Source: a virus | Lineage: Duplodnaviria; Caudoviricetes | Length of the DNA: 37,181 nucleotides | Virus record (IMG/VR): IMGVR_UViG_3300047560_002128 | Coordinates: 1 to 37,181 of that record | Reading direction: 5' to 3' (one strand) | Shown here: piece after piece, positions 27,534 through 36,040 of the stretch | Layout: each line of letters begins with the position of its first letter | Position numbering within the stretch: position 1 is the stretch's first letter | Made by a program: the position numbers and the translations under genes | Notes under the pieces: model-generated | Seen by the model: the letters and a program-made list of their open reading frames with translations, nothing else | Told to the model about the DNA's origin: nothing | Database searches by the model: none

Positions 27534-28742
27534 TTAAACTGTCATACCAGTTCTGAATATCTTTATAACCTTATCGCTGGCCTGATATGCTGTGAAATAT
27601 AGTCTAACCATATTGTCTCCTTGCACATCTGCTGCAAATTCTCCCAGCTCCCCGTTACTTGATAACACTGCATACTCTGTAGCATAGACTGTTTGGTTGT
27701 TATCAACTAACAATAATATTTCAATGGTTTCGAAGCTTGCTCCAGACCCAGTTCCGTCTGTAATCTGTATCAGATATTTTGCAGATCTATATAAACCCAC
27801 AGAATAAGCGTCTACTACCACTGTATCTGTTGTATTTACCAAAACATTGCCAGAATCCATTACCGTGTCCGCTATTTGAACACTTTCAGAATTGATTCGT
27901 TTTGCTACTCCTAAGCCACCACTTATGACTACAGCACCTGTACTGCTTGATGTACTTTCTGTAGTATCTGTGAAAAATGTCTTGTTTTGGAAGGTAACTT
28001 GGTTAGTTGTTGTACTACCTCTGCCAGTTACAGTTTGCAGTGTAGAAGTGTTTGATATAATAATTGCGATGGTTCCGGGTAGTAACCCTGTAGTAGCAGT
28101 TACTAGAATATCTGGACCAGCAGTGATGCTTTCAATTAGAGAACTGGTTGTAATTACAGGTAAACCGCCACTATATAAAGTACCACCTAACCATAGATCG
28201 CCACCAATTGCTACGCCACCACCTACAACCAATGCTCCAGAAACTGTACTTGTAGCGTTAGTGAGATTTGAAATGTTGATGCGATTTGTAGTAGTATAAC
28301 CCCTGTTGGTTACATCTTGTAATGTTGCAGTACTCCATATGTTAACAATTTCAGTTCCGCCTGATGTAGAAGTTGTAATAGCAGTACCTGTGCCTGCAAT
28401 AAACACTGGCTGCAATACATAGTTGTTTAGAGTTGCAGTTGTAATAATTTGTGCGCCGGCAATTGTTGAGGTATTGTTGATATGTACTAGTCCGCCTACC
28501 CAAAGATCTCCGCCGATTCCGACTCCGCCGACTACCTGAAATGCTCCCGAAACTGTTGAAATTGCATTAGTACTTGATGTAACCACTATTGAACTAGTAG
28601 CAGTTAAATTTTGTAAAGTAAGATTTGTTAGCTGGGCTGATTCAGCAGTTTTAATCCATGCGTAACCGGTCCACTGATATGTAGTAGTTCCTACTGTAAA
28701 CTTATCGCCTGTTTGCGGATTTAATGGAAATATTGATGACAT
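27534..28742 (-). CDS. Fiber-like virion protein (402 aa)
   Basis: N-terminal FP.NP..GD...YQWTG..W module, TLQ.VT.RG.TTTN repeats, GGVGIGGD repeats, and a C-terminal YRSAKYLIQI...TEYA domain paralogous to the 1033-aa protein. Confidence 0.8.
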   Translation of the reverse strand: MSSIFPLNPQTGDKFTVGTTTYQWTGYAWIKTAESAQLTNLTLQNLTATSSIVVTSSTNAISTVSGAFQVVGGVGIGGDLWVGGLVHINNTSTIAGAQIITTATLNNYVLQPVFIAGTGTAITTSTSGGTEIVNIWSTATLQDVTNRGYTTTNRINISNLTNATSTVSGALVVGGGVAIGGDLWLGGTLYSGGLPVITTSSLIESITAGPDILVTATTGLLPGTIAIIISNTSTLQTVTGRGSTTTNQVTFQNKTFFTDTTESTSSSTGAVVISGGLGVAKRINSESVQIADTVMDSGNVLVNTTDTVVVDAYSVGLYRSAKYLIQITDGTGSGASFETIEILLLVDNNQTVYATEYAVLSSNGELGEFAADVQGDNMVRLYFTAYQASDKVIKIFRTGMTV

Positions 28743-28751
28743 AGTTTTTCT

Positions 28752-29702
28752 TTATAGTGCGGTAAATTGTATCCAAACTTTAGTTGTACCGTCTAACATG
28801 TATTGGAATGTTGCACCTTGGCTAGGATCAATCCAAAAATCTCCTAATCTCGGATTTGCAGGCGGTGTTCCTATGGCCAATGTTGACCTAGGAGTATACA
28901 GTAGATTGTTTTCTGCAGATATACCGTCTTGACTATAAACACTTCCTCCTACCCATACAGTATTTGTAACAGTGGCGTTCTCGGCATGAACTGTTTGGAA
29001 GTACCCGTCTTTAGGTACATTCAGGCCTACAACCATGTTATCAATATTTCCAGTTGCACTAGGTTGAATATCTATAGTTCCGCCTAGTGTAGGACGAATA
29101 TCAACATTTGCTGCCTCGGGTGATAAAGTAACAGCACCTTGACCGAGAACATTTAATTCGCCCGATAAGTTTGTATCTTTAGTTATATTAACATTCTGAC
29201 TGAATGTTGCAGTGTTTAGTACACTAAGTTTTCCAAATACATTTAGATTCTCACCGATGCCTACACCACCGACTACCTGTAGTGCTCCAGTGAATGGGGT
29301 GATGGAAGTATCTGTTCCCGTTACTTTTAATGTTAAAAATGTAGATGTGTTGGCCTGGAATGCTCCTCCAACAAATAAATCCCCATTTATACCAGCACCA
29401 CCTTGTACCTGTAAAGTACTGGTACTAGATATAGGATTGTTAGCTTGAATAACAACCGCAGTTGTTCCTGTTCCTATCAGTGTTAATGTTTGAGTGCTGA
29501 TATTGCTGTAGAGTTGTCCGTTATGGAATTCAATATTACCTAGGCTGCTGGCATAGGTTGTAACTAACTTATCACTGGTAACAACTGTATAACCTGTGCT
29601 AGTTGTAGGACTTTGCGGAAGTTGAGGCATAGCGTCTTGCAGTTTAATAAACTGCCCGCTACCGCCTGTTCTTAATTTTGATCCGCTTAATAAACTTGGC
29701 AT
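28752..29702 (-). CDS. Fiber-like virion protein (316 aa)
   Basis: GALQVVGGVGIG repeats and a C-terminal PPANPRLGDFWID...W module. Confidence 0.75.
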   Translation of the reverse strand: MPSLLSGSKLRTGGSGQFIKLQDAMPQLPQSPTTSTGYTVVTSDKLVTTYASSLGNIEFHNGQLYSNISTQTLTLIGTGTTAVVIQANNPISSTSTLQVQGGAGINGDLFVGGAFQANTSTFLTLKVTGTDTSITPFTGALQVVGGVGIGENLNVFGKLSVLNTATFSQNVNITKDTNLSGELNVLGQGAVTLSPEAANVDIRPTLGGTIDIQPSATGNIDNMVVGLNVPKDGYFQTVHAENATVTNTVWVGGSVYSQDGISAENNLLYTPRSTLAIGTPPANPRLGDFWIDPSQGATFQYMLDGTTKVWIQFTAL

Positions 29703-29714
29703 GCTATTGTCCTA

Positions 29715-30098
29715 TTAACTGTTTGCTGTCTGTAATATGCTCATCACTAGTTGAAGTGTACCTGTGCTATCCGCATACGCACGGATACTGTCTAGTTCTT
29801 CAATAATTAATTTTCCAGAAACAGGATTCCCTGCATCGTTTGCAGGAATAGCATATTGTTTAACTAATGTGCTAGGAGTATTTCCTGTTTGGCCACCAAA
29901 GCCTTGTGCGTCAGGAAGAATAGTTTTGTATCTATAGTGTTCAAATGTAACATAGTGCGTATCTGTACCTAAATTTGCCACCTGCGCCATTAGCACAATA
30001 GATGTTACACCAATTGGACTAGTATATACACTGGCAGTTGTGTTAGTTGTTAACACCGCAGTCTTTGTTAAAAATTTGTTTAATGGTAGCTGTGCCAT
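29715..30098 (-). CDS. Virion structural protein (127 aa)
   Basis: VYTSPIGVTSIVLMAQVAN...IPAND...GKLI...DSI, a small beta-sandwich type seen in T4-like virion clusters. Confidence 0.7.
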   Translation of the reverse strand: MAQLPLNKFLTKTAVLTTNTTASVYTSPIGVTSIVLMAQVANLGTDTHYVTFEHYRYKTILPDAQGFGGQTGNTPSTLVKQYAIPANDAGNPVSGKLIIEELDSIRAYADSTGTLQLVMSILQTANS

Positions 30099-30109
30099 AT
30101 TCTTTCCTA

Positions 30110-33100
30110 TTATTCGATTGCTAAGATGAACGGAGTCATGTTAGCGTATAAACTTTGTACAAATGTTCTACCACTTAGAACACCTGTTGCTTGACTGATA
30201 ACCAATCCAGGACCAATACGGAAGTCACCATTTTGGTCAGTTGATGTAAAGAATACCTTACCAGCGTTTAACTGTACAGTTTCTTTGCTTTGTACAGGAT
30301 CAGCAACACCGCGTTGAGGTAATGCACCATAATTACTGCCTGCACCAACATATTCAAATAGGTATCCACTGGCGCTAATGTAACTGCGTTGATAGAAGTT
30401 GACAATAGAACCGTCTGGAAACAGGTCGGGTCGAGTTACCGCTTCACCTAGTTCAACAATGTGATAACTGCCCGGTCTACTCCAGTAGCTCAAACCACTG
30501 TAGACGCTGTTATAGTTTCCACCTGTTTGTAAATCATAGACAACCTGTCTCAAGATTAATTTAACATCTCGAACACATTTGTCTTTGTTATAACTTCCTA
30601 TGCCACCTAATAAATTATGATCAACATAGGCAGCAACTTCTTCTGCAATAAAATCTATATTAGCTTCAATTAATGTAATAGCACTGCCTGCGCCTGAAGC
30701 AATGGTTCCTGACTCTGCAATTTGACTCTGTGGTACAACTGCGTTAGCGGCTGTTATGTTTGCCGCACCCACAATACTAATGATTGTGTCAAATCTTGAA
30801 TCAATGAAAGATTGTGCGCCATCGCCTCCAGTGACACTGCTGTTGATTACTTGTGTAGCAGTATTTCCTACTGTAACTGCTACTACTTGATTCTGTATAA
30901 CCTTGTCAACCACAGTTTTCATGTGCTGTAGGCTACTAATGTGGGCACTGATTTGACTGGTTGTAGGACCTTGATAATAAGGATCGCTATTTGCACTTAG
31001 GATATTAGCATTGGGTGCATATGGCTGGTCTGCTACAGTACTAGTTTGAACAGTATAATAACTATTGCCACAGAAGTAAATTGTAAAGTATGTAGGATTT
31101 GTAGGGTCGCCGCCACCGCTAGTCAATGCTTGATTTAGACTAATGCTGTTATAGTTTACATCAGTTACCACAGTGCCTGTGGCAGCATACCATACACCGC
31201 TATCATCCCATTGGCGACCATATTGGTCTCTAACATAAACTGTGTTTCCAATGTACACATCGTTAGTACTGATGCTAGCCAAGTTAATAGTACCTGTAGT
31301 TAATGTACTGGTACTAGGTTGTGCGTTTAGGAATCCTGGGAATGCCTGTTCGTTGATGTGATCAACTGGAGGTTCGATCTCCATCACCAGACCAATATGT
31401 GGGCGATTTAGCGTGTCTGGTACAAATACTTCAACCCTACCACCTTGGTTAGGCCAGTATCCGTTTGGATAGAATTGATCAAGATATGGTAATCCCGGAC
31501 CGTCGGGGCTAAAAGGATATGCTCTGTATGCAGGATTATAAACAGTACCGCTGAATCTACGAGCACCGTAACCTTTTGCTACTAATGATAAGTCACCAAA
31601 GTTACAGTTAGAGTTTGTAATACTAGCAATGCCACCGTTATCACATTGAACACCAACTGCACAAAAAATTGTAAACACAGAAACTAACTGTGCATAACCG
31701 TTGTTAGTGACCTTGATACCAATACCGCCCTGGTTTAGTTGTGTATATGCATCGTAGACAAAAGATTGAATAGGACTGCGGTCACTGATAACACCCCCGT
31801 CTACTAGACTGCCGCCGATAGCACCAAACGGATCAACTTTTCTATCGTTCCATGATGTTGCATCACCTGTGTACTCAAGACTTTGTTCTTCTACCTGCCA
31901 ATCTTGTAAAGGATAAATCAATGTTTCGCCAAAATATAGCGTAGAGTTTTGTCCAAACCCTATAGTAGATGTGCTTAAACTTACTACATGAACATTGCCC
32001 GATACAGTGGTTACACTGGTCACGGTTGGCGCAATGACTACCGCACTGCCGTTGAGTCCGGTTAACGAGAACAATCCTCCGCCAGCGTAGGCAGGCGGTG
32101 CAGCCGATACCCCATCATTAATAATAGATGTTATGATATTAAAGTTTCTTGTCACAGCTTCTTGTGGCATGTAGTCGCCACCATACTGGAAGAATGTATT
32201 AATAATCTGTGACGATGTTGTTCCTGATATTACAGTAGCAGGTGTGTTAGCAATAACTTCTAATGCTAGATCTCTTGCATAGTTAATAGCATTAGTAGTT
32301 GTGGTCAACTGCTGGCTAACATAGTTGTAACCTTGATTCCAATAACTTAGTCCTGCTTCAAGACTCTTTTGGTTACCGCCTAATAATACATCTTGACTGA
32401 CTGCGTCAATGATCAGTCCAACATCTCGATAACACTTTTCTTGATTATAGATAAAGCTACCGGGTGGACTAATTAAATTATTGTTAATGTAGTTGATTGT
32501 TTGTTCTTGAATAAACGAACGATTTGCCTGCATTAAAATTTCAGCACTAACAAAGGCCGCATCAGGACCAGTACTTGTGTAAATTTCTGGAGCACTAGAT
32601 GGACCGTTGTTAATAATATCGATAACAATATCAAATAAACTACCTATGCTGTCGTGTGTAATTGCGCCACCAGTAAGGTTAGTGTTTATGACTTGATCAC
32701 CTACAGGTATATTTGCCGGTACTGATAGTACTGGGCAAGTATCGTTCTCAACAATTAATCTGCAAAGAGTTTTGATGTATTCAATAGCACCAGTTGTCTG
32801 TGTTTCTTGACCTGCTATAACACTGACTACACCTCTGTAGTAGGCAAGACCGCTTTCAACACTCTTTTGATTACCACCAAAGGCCATGTCATAGGCCATG
32901 TTCTCAACTAGTATGCCAGCGTCACGATAACATAGTTGTTGATTATAAACAAATCCTGGGAAATTAGAATTTACCCAAGCAATGGTTTGACATTGAATAA
33001 AGGGTTTGTTGGCCAGCAACAATGTACGAGCATTAAAGAATCCTGGATTTTGTTTTCCACTATTAACACTTTGGCCTACCTTAATAGTTCCTTGTTCAAC

Positions 33101-33850
33101 TGTAACAGTAATTGTAGAAGTGTTGGCTTCCCAAGAACCCATGGCCACTGCCTGTGGAACTTGTACTGTTTGGTTTGGTCTAAACATTGTACCATCAACT
33201 AGCCACGGGCCACTTTGATTGGTACAGTTTTGAACATATGGCGATTGGAATAGGTCAATTCTATCGTCACCTGTTTGAGGAGGGAAGCAGGTTGCATAAG
33301 CACCTCTGTTAAAACGAGGATCATATTGACCAGGTAAACGACCACTGCGGCCGTTTAAGAAATTCATGTAGTTAAGATAGCAACCACTATTCATATGGAA
33401 CAAGTCTTGAGTCTTGTTAATAGGCTCAATAAATGTTGTACGAATGTCACTGCCTCTAACTGAAGTATAAGGTTTCATTACCAACGGGTTATCTTCTAGA
33501 TAACGGCCTGCGCTGACTAAAATTTGTGTACCAGGTTGATAATAAGGTGAATTCATTGCACCGCCGATAGTACGGCAAGCACGGCTTGGATCTAGAGCAC
33601 GACCATCATTAGTGTCATCTCCATCCATTGTTACATACAATGTGTTAGTAACAACAGGAGCAGTTCCTATTGGGTTACTACCCCTAACACGAATGTCGCC
33701 GAAAATGTCAGCAATACCTTCGCCGCCTTTTGGAGCAATGGTAATATTAGTATTTGTATTTCCTAAGAATCGTGTGTAGATATTGTTTAGGTATGAATCT
33801 CGCCAGCTTATTTCTTCTGTACCAATAGTACCGGTGTTGTCAGAACTACG
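30110..33850 (-). CDS. Large virion protein, C-terminal part (beta-helix/pectin-lyase-like with helical CxRD repeats)
   Basis: YVTMDGDDTNDG...CRTI...VSAGRYLE...VRGSDIRTT, SPYVQNCT, YAQLVSVFTI and FFTSTDQNGDFRIG motifs. The frame is open up to a TAG at 33851-33853, beyond the track's TTG start at 33640. Confidence 0.8.
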   Translation of the reverse strand, partial: RSSDNTGTIGTEEISWRDSYLNNIYTRFLGNTNTNITIAPKGGEGIADIFGDIRVRGSNPIGTAPVVTNTLYVTMDGDDTNDGRALDPSRACRTIGGAMNSPYYQPGTQILVSAGRYLEDNPLVMKPYTSVRGSDIRTTFIEPINKTQDLFHMNSGCYLNYMNFLNGRSGRLPGQYDPRFNRGAYATCFPPQTGDDRIDLFQSPYVQNCTNQSGPWLVDGTMFRPNQTVQVPQAVAMGSWEANTSTITVTVEQGTIKVGQSVNSGKQNPGFFNARTLLLANKPFIQCQTIAWVNSNFPGFVYNQQLCYRDAGILVENMAYDMAFGGNQKSVESGLAYYRGVVSVIAGQETQTTGAIEYIKTLCRLIVENDTCPVLSVPANIPVGDQVINTNLTGGAITHDSIGSLFDIVIDIINNGPSSAPEIYTSTGPDAAFVSAEILMQANRSFIQEQTINYINNNLISPPGSFIYNQEKCYRDVGLIIDAVSQDVLLGGNQKSLEAGLSYWNQGYNYVSQQLTTTTNAINYARDLALEVIANTPATVISGTTSSQIINTFFQYGGDYMPQEAVTRNFNIITSIINDGVSAAPPAYAGGGLFSLTGLNGSAVVIAPTVTSVTTVSGNVHVVSLSTSTIGFGQNSTLYFGETLIYPLQDWQVEEQSLEYTGDATSWNDRKVDPFGAIGGSLVDGGVISDRSPIQSFVYDAYTQLNQGGIGIKVTNNGYAQLVSVFTIFCAVGVQCDNGGIASITNSNCNFGDLSLVAKGYGARRFSGTVYNPAYRAYPFSPDGPGLPYLDQFYPNGYWPNQGGRVEVFVPDTLNRPHIGLVMEIEPPVDHINEQAFPGFLNAQPSTSTLTTGTINLASISTNDVYIGNTVYVRDQYGRQWDDSGVWYAATGTVVTDVNYNSISLNQALTSGGGDPTNPTYFTIYFCGNSYYTVQTSTVADQPYAPNANILSANSDPYYQGPTTSQISAHISSLQHMKTVVDKVIQNQVVAVTVGNTATQVINSSVTGGDGAQSFIDSRFDTIISIVGAANITAANAVVPQSQIAESGTIASGAGSAITLIEANIDFIAEEVAAYVDHNLLGGIGSYNKDKCVRDVKLILRQVVYDLQTGGNYNSVYSGLSYWSRPGSYHIVELGEAVTRPDLFPDGSIVNFYQRSYISASGYLFEYVGAGSNYGALPQRGVADPVQSKETVQLNAGKVFFTSTDQNGDFRIGPGLVISQATGVLSGRTFVQSLYANMTPFILAIE

Positions 33851-34428
33851 CTAATTTCGGCTTCAAATCTTTCTGTTGTAATTTTTCCTGTGTAAGGATT
33901 ATATCGTAGGCCGCCAAGCGATTCGTCTTGATTTAGATCATCGCCATAAAGTTGAGATCCTTGAATGATCAAACCTTCAGCATCTGTAAACAGTGGATAA
34001 TAAGTCTCATCTGCGTTTGTTTTTAATATTGCAATATTAGATGCAGTTGTAGCAGTATTAGCAGCCGCAATACGACCATAGATAAATCCGCCAACTGCTA
34101 GATCTTTTTCAATACCCACGCCACCGCTAAAATAAGCTTCGGCTAACTTTCTTTCAGCAGTGGTGCTAAACAAAGTTTGATCAATGGCAGCAATAGGATC
34201 TTGTCCTGTTGGGTTTGAAACATTGCCAACGTTATGTGCATTGTTTTGAATGGTTACAAAGGAACTAGTAGTACCTACTATTTTTAACCAGCCAGCAACA
34301 TTTGTAGACGATGACACAATTAATGTTGTGCCATTATCATTTTGTGATATAAATGTTGTTCGAGGATTTTGAACTAGACCACTTGTTGGAGCAAGAGATC
34401 TTGTGCCTGATTTTCTAATTCCCGCCAT
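33808..34428 (-). CDS. Probable N-terminal part of the same large virion protein (frameshifted)
   Basis: Has a late promoter and AAGGA RBS. Fiber-type motifs (GGVGIEKDL, YYPLF, LRYNPYTG). Overlaps the downstream open frame by 43 nt. Confidence 0.7.
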   Translation of the reverse strand: MAGIRKSGTRSLAPTSGLVQNPRTTFISQNDNGTTLIVSSSTNVAGWLKIVGTTSSFVTIQNNAHNVGNVSNPTGQDPIAAIDQTLFSTTAERKLAEAYFSGGVGIEKDLAVGGFIYGRIAAANTATTASNIAILKTNADETYYPLFTDAEGLIIQGSQLYGDDLNQDESLGGLRYNPYTGKITTERFEAEISVVLTTPVLLVQKK

Positions 34429-34448
34429 TATTTTAGATTCCTTTAGGG

Positions 34449-34456
34449 TATTTATT
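34449..34456 (-). promoter_or_regulatory. Late promoter AATAAATA
   Basis: Intergenic, upstream of the RBS for 33808..34428. Confidence 0.65.
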
Positions 34457-34459
34457 CGT

Positions 34460-34966
34460 TTAGTATATATGTAGTTCCAAGCCCCTTAGTATCGGAGTTG
34501 TTTTATGAGGCCAGTCAGGATGACTTCTTAGTCTAATAACAATTCCGAAACTAGAATCTTGTATAATGTCTTGTATGTTAGTAACGGTCCACAAGTCAGT
34601 ATTGCTTCCATATATTTGAACAGGGTCTACTGTTCTAGAACATTTATTTTCACCAATTAATTCTCCATTGTGTGTAAGTTGTACAGTATCATCAAATACT
34701 CTACCACCTCTGTTTACATTAAATCTAAAAGCAATGCCTGAAATGGTATCAGGTAAATTTTGAAAATTAAAGTTAGTAGCCTGTATATACCAGGTCTTCA
34801 TTTTTATATCGTTTTTAGGTTGTCTTGAAATATGTTGAATAGGTTTCGAAAGGCTCACTCCACTAAAAAGAGTAGTTACTTTATCAAAATTCGTATCCCA
34901 TTCTATATGCAAAGGATCTTCTGCGTATTGAGTTATGGTAGTCGGAAGGGTCCAAAAAGTAGTCAT
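34460..34966 (-). CDS. Hypothetical (probable virion) protein
   Basis: 168-aa ORF with TAAATA 4 nt upstream of the ATG. Confidence 0.7.
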   Translation of the reverse strand: MTTFWTLPTTITQYAEDPLHIEWDTNFDKVTTLFSGVSLSKPIQHISRQPKNDIKMKTWYIQATNFNFQNLPDTISGIAFRFNVNRGGRVFDDTVQLTHNGELIGENKCSRTVDPVQIYGSNTDLWTVTNIQDIIQDSSFGIVIRLRSHPDWPHKTTPILRGLELHIY

Positions 34967-34970
34967 CCTG

Positions 34971-34976
34971 TATTTA
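34971..34976 (-). promoter_or_regulatory. Late promoter core TAAATA
   Basis: Directly downstream of a terminator and 4 nt before the ATG. Confidence 0.6.
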
Positions 34977-34983
34977 CCAGAAT

Positions 34984-35008
34984 AAAAAAGGACTCCTAAG
35001 AGTCCTTT
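34984..35008 (-). terminator. Rho-independent terminator
   Basis: AAAGGACTC-TTAG-GAGTCC followed by TTTTTT. Confidence 0.85.
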
Positions 35009-35028
35009 GGGTTAGAATATAATTCTAA

Positions 35029-35913
35029 TTATTGGTTAGCAATGCTTACAACACCGCTGGCAGCAGAACCTAAGGTCCATGCGCTTACGCCGTTGTCGGC
35101 AACTAAGAAGCTACCACTTGCTGTACTTTGAACTAGAACAGCCTTGTGTGCTGTTAGTTTACGAACATAGTAAGTGCTTCCGTTTGCGTCTGTAGCAACA
35201 ATGTTCATCTGTCCTGCAGATAGACTGCTAGATGTTACTAGACGGCAAATGCCAGTACCTTCACTGTTCTTAACTAGATAAGCGTGGCTACCTTCTTGCT
35301 TAACAATGTCACCACCTGCAACAGCGGCTGTACCACCAGCGGCTGCTGGAATATAGCTGTTAAACTTAATACCATTCTGACGGCTGCTTGTCATTGTAAT
35401 TGTCTTAGCAAAACCACCACCTTCGTCATAGAATCTTAAGTTGTTAGCATCAGTCCATGTGCCCATGTTGTTTTCACTAGATGTAACACGATTTAGAACC
35501 GAGTCAATTGCTGTAACACGACCACCGTTCATGCCGCCATAAATTCTCATTCCAACTGCAATACCAGTTACGCTTGCAACACTTAATGTGTTAGTTGCAG
35601 TAACACCGGAGTTAGTTACATATTGTGTAACTTGAGTTCCTGTTGTAACTGTCAATGTTGGTGTGCTTGTATAACCACTACCACTGTCTGTTAATGTAAC
35701 AGAAATAACACCAGGGCCACTAATAGAATAGTCAATAGTTGCTTGCTGGCCGCCTGCGATCTGCGGTGCGCTTAAAGACAATGTTGTAGCTTGAGAATAT
35801 AGTGTACCACCGTTTGTTACAACGATAGATGCAATACCTTCTCCGCCTACGCCTTCACCTGTTGCGGCAATGTTTGTGTTACCAAAATATTTCTTTTTAA
35901 TCGGACGTCCCAT
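35029..35913 (-). CDS. Virion structural protein, possibly capsid decoration
   Basis: Strong AAGGAG RBS, basic MGRPIKKK N-terminus and GSGYTSTPT beta repeats. Lies directly after the capsid gene with its own promoter and terminator. Confidence 0.65.
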   Translation of the reverse strand: MGRPIKKKYFGNTNIAATGEGVGGEGIASIVVTNGGTLYSQATTLSLSAPQIAGGQQATIDYSISGPGVISVTLTDSGSGYTSTPTLTVTTGTQVTQYVTNSGVTATNTLSVASVTGIAVGMRIYGGMNGGRVTAIDSVLNRVTSSENNMGTWTDANNLRFYDEGGGFAKTITMTSSRQNGIKFNSYIPAAAGGTAAVAGGDIVKQEGSHAYLVKNSEGTGICRLVTSSSLSAGQMNIVATDANGSTYYVRKLTAHKAVLVQSTASGSFLVADNGVSAWTLGSAASGVVSIANQ

Positions 35914-35932
35914 TTGTTTTCTCCTTTATAAT

Positions 35933-35967
35933 GAGCGTTCTAGGCCCTACGCGGTGGGTGCCGCATA
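35933..35967 (-). promoter_or_regulatory. Candidate structured leader RNA (two adjacent hairpins)
   Basis: UAUGCGG-CACCCA-CCGCGUA followed immediately by GGGC-CUAGAAC-GCUC, between the promoter and the RBS. Confidence 0.5.
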
Positions 35968-35981
35968 ATACTTAGATACTT

Positions 35982-35988
35982 TATTTAA
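35982..35988 (-). promoter_or_regulatory. Late promoter TTAAATA
   Basis: Immediately after the U-tract of the capsid terminator. Confidence 0.6.
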
Positions 35989-35989
35989 C

Positions 35990-36011
35990 AAAAAACCCGC
36001 CGAAGCGGGTT
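35990..36011 (-). terminator. Rho-independent terminator of the major capsid gene
   Basis: AACCCGC-TTCG-GCGGGTTTTTT with a C(UUCG)G tetraloop. Confidence 0.92.
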
Positions 36012-36040
36012 AATTGTTCTCTAATAAGACAAGTAACGGA

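Noticed and set aside
16663-29448. Many plus-strand ORFs rich in Pro/Val/Thr (e.g. 24786..25412, 25755..26252, 17323..17703)
   Set aside because: Antisense shadows of Gly/Thr/Asn-rich fiber genes, with no evident RBS or domain signal.
33851-33853. Stop-codon reassignment (TAG) as the explanation for the split gene
   Set aside because: A TGA lies four codons further upstream in the same frame, and the other long genes are intact under the standard code.
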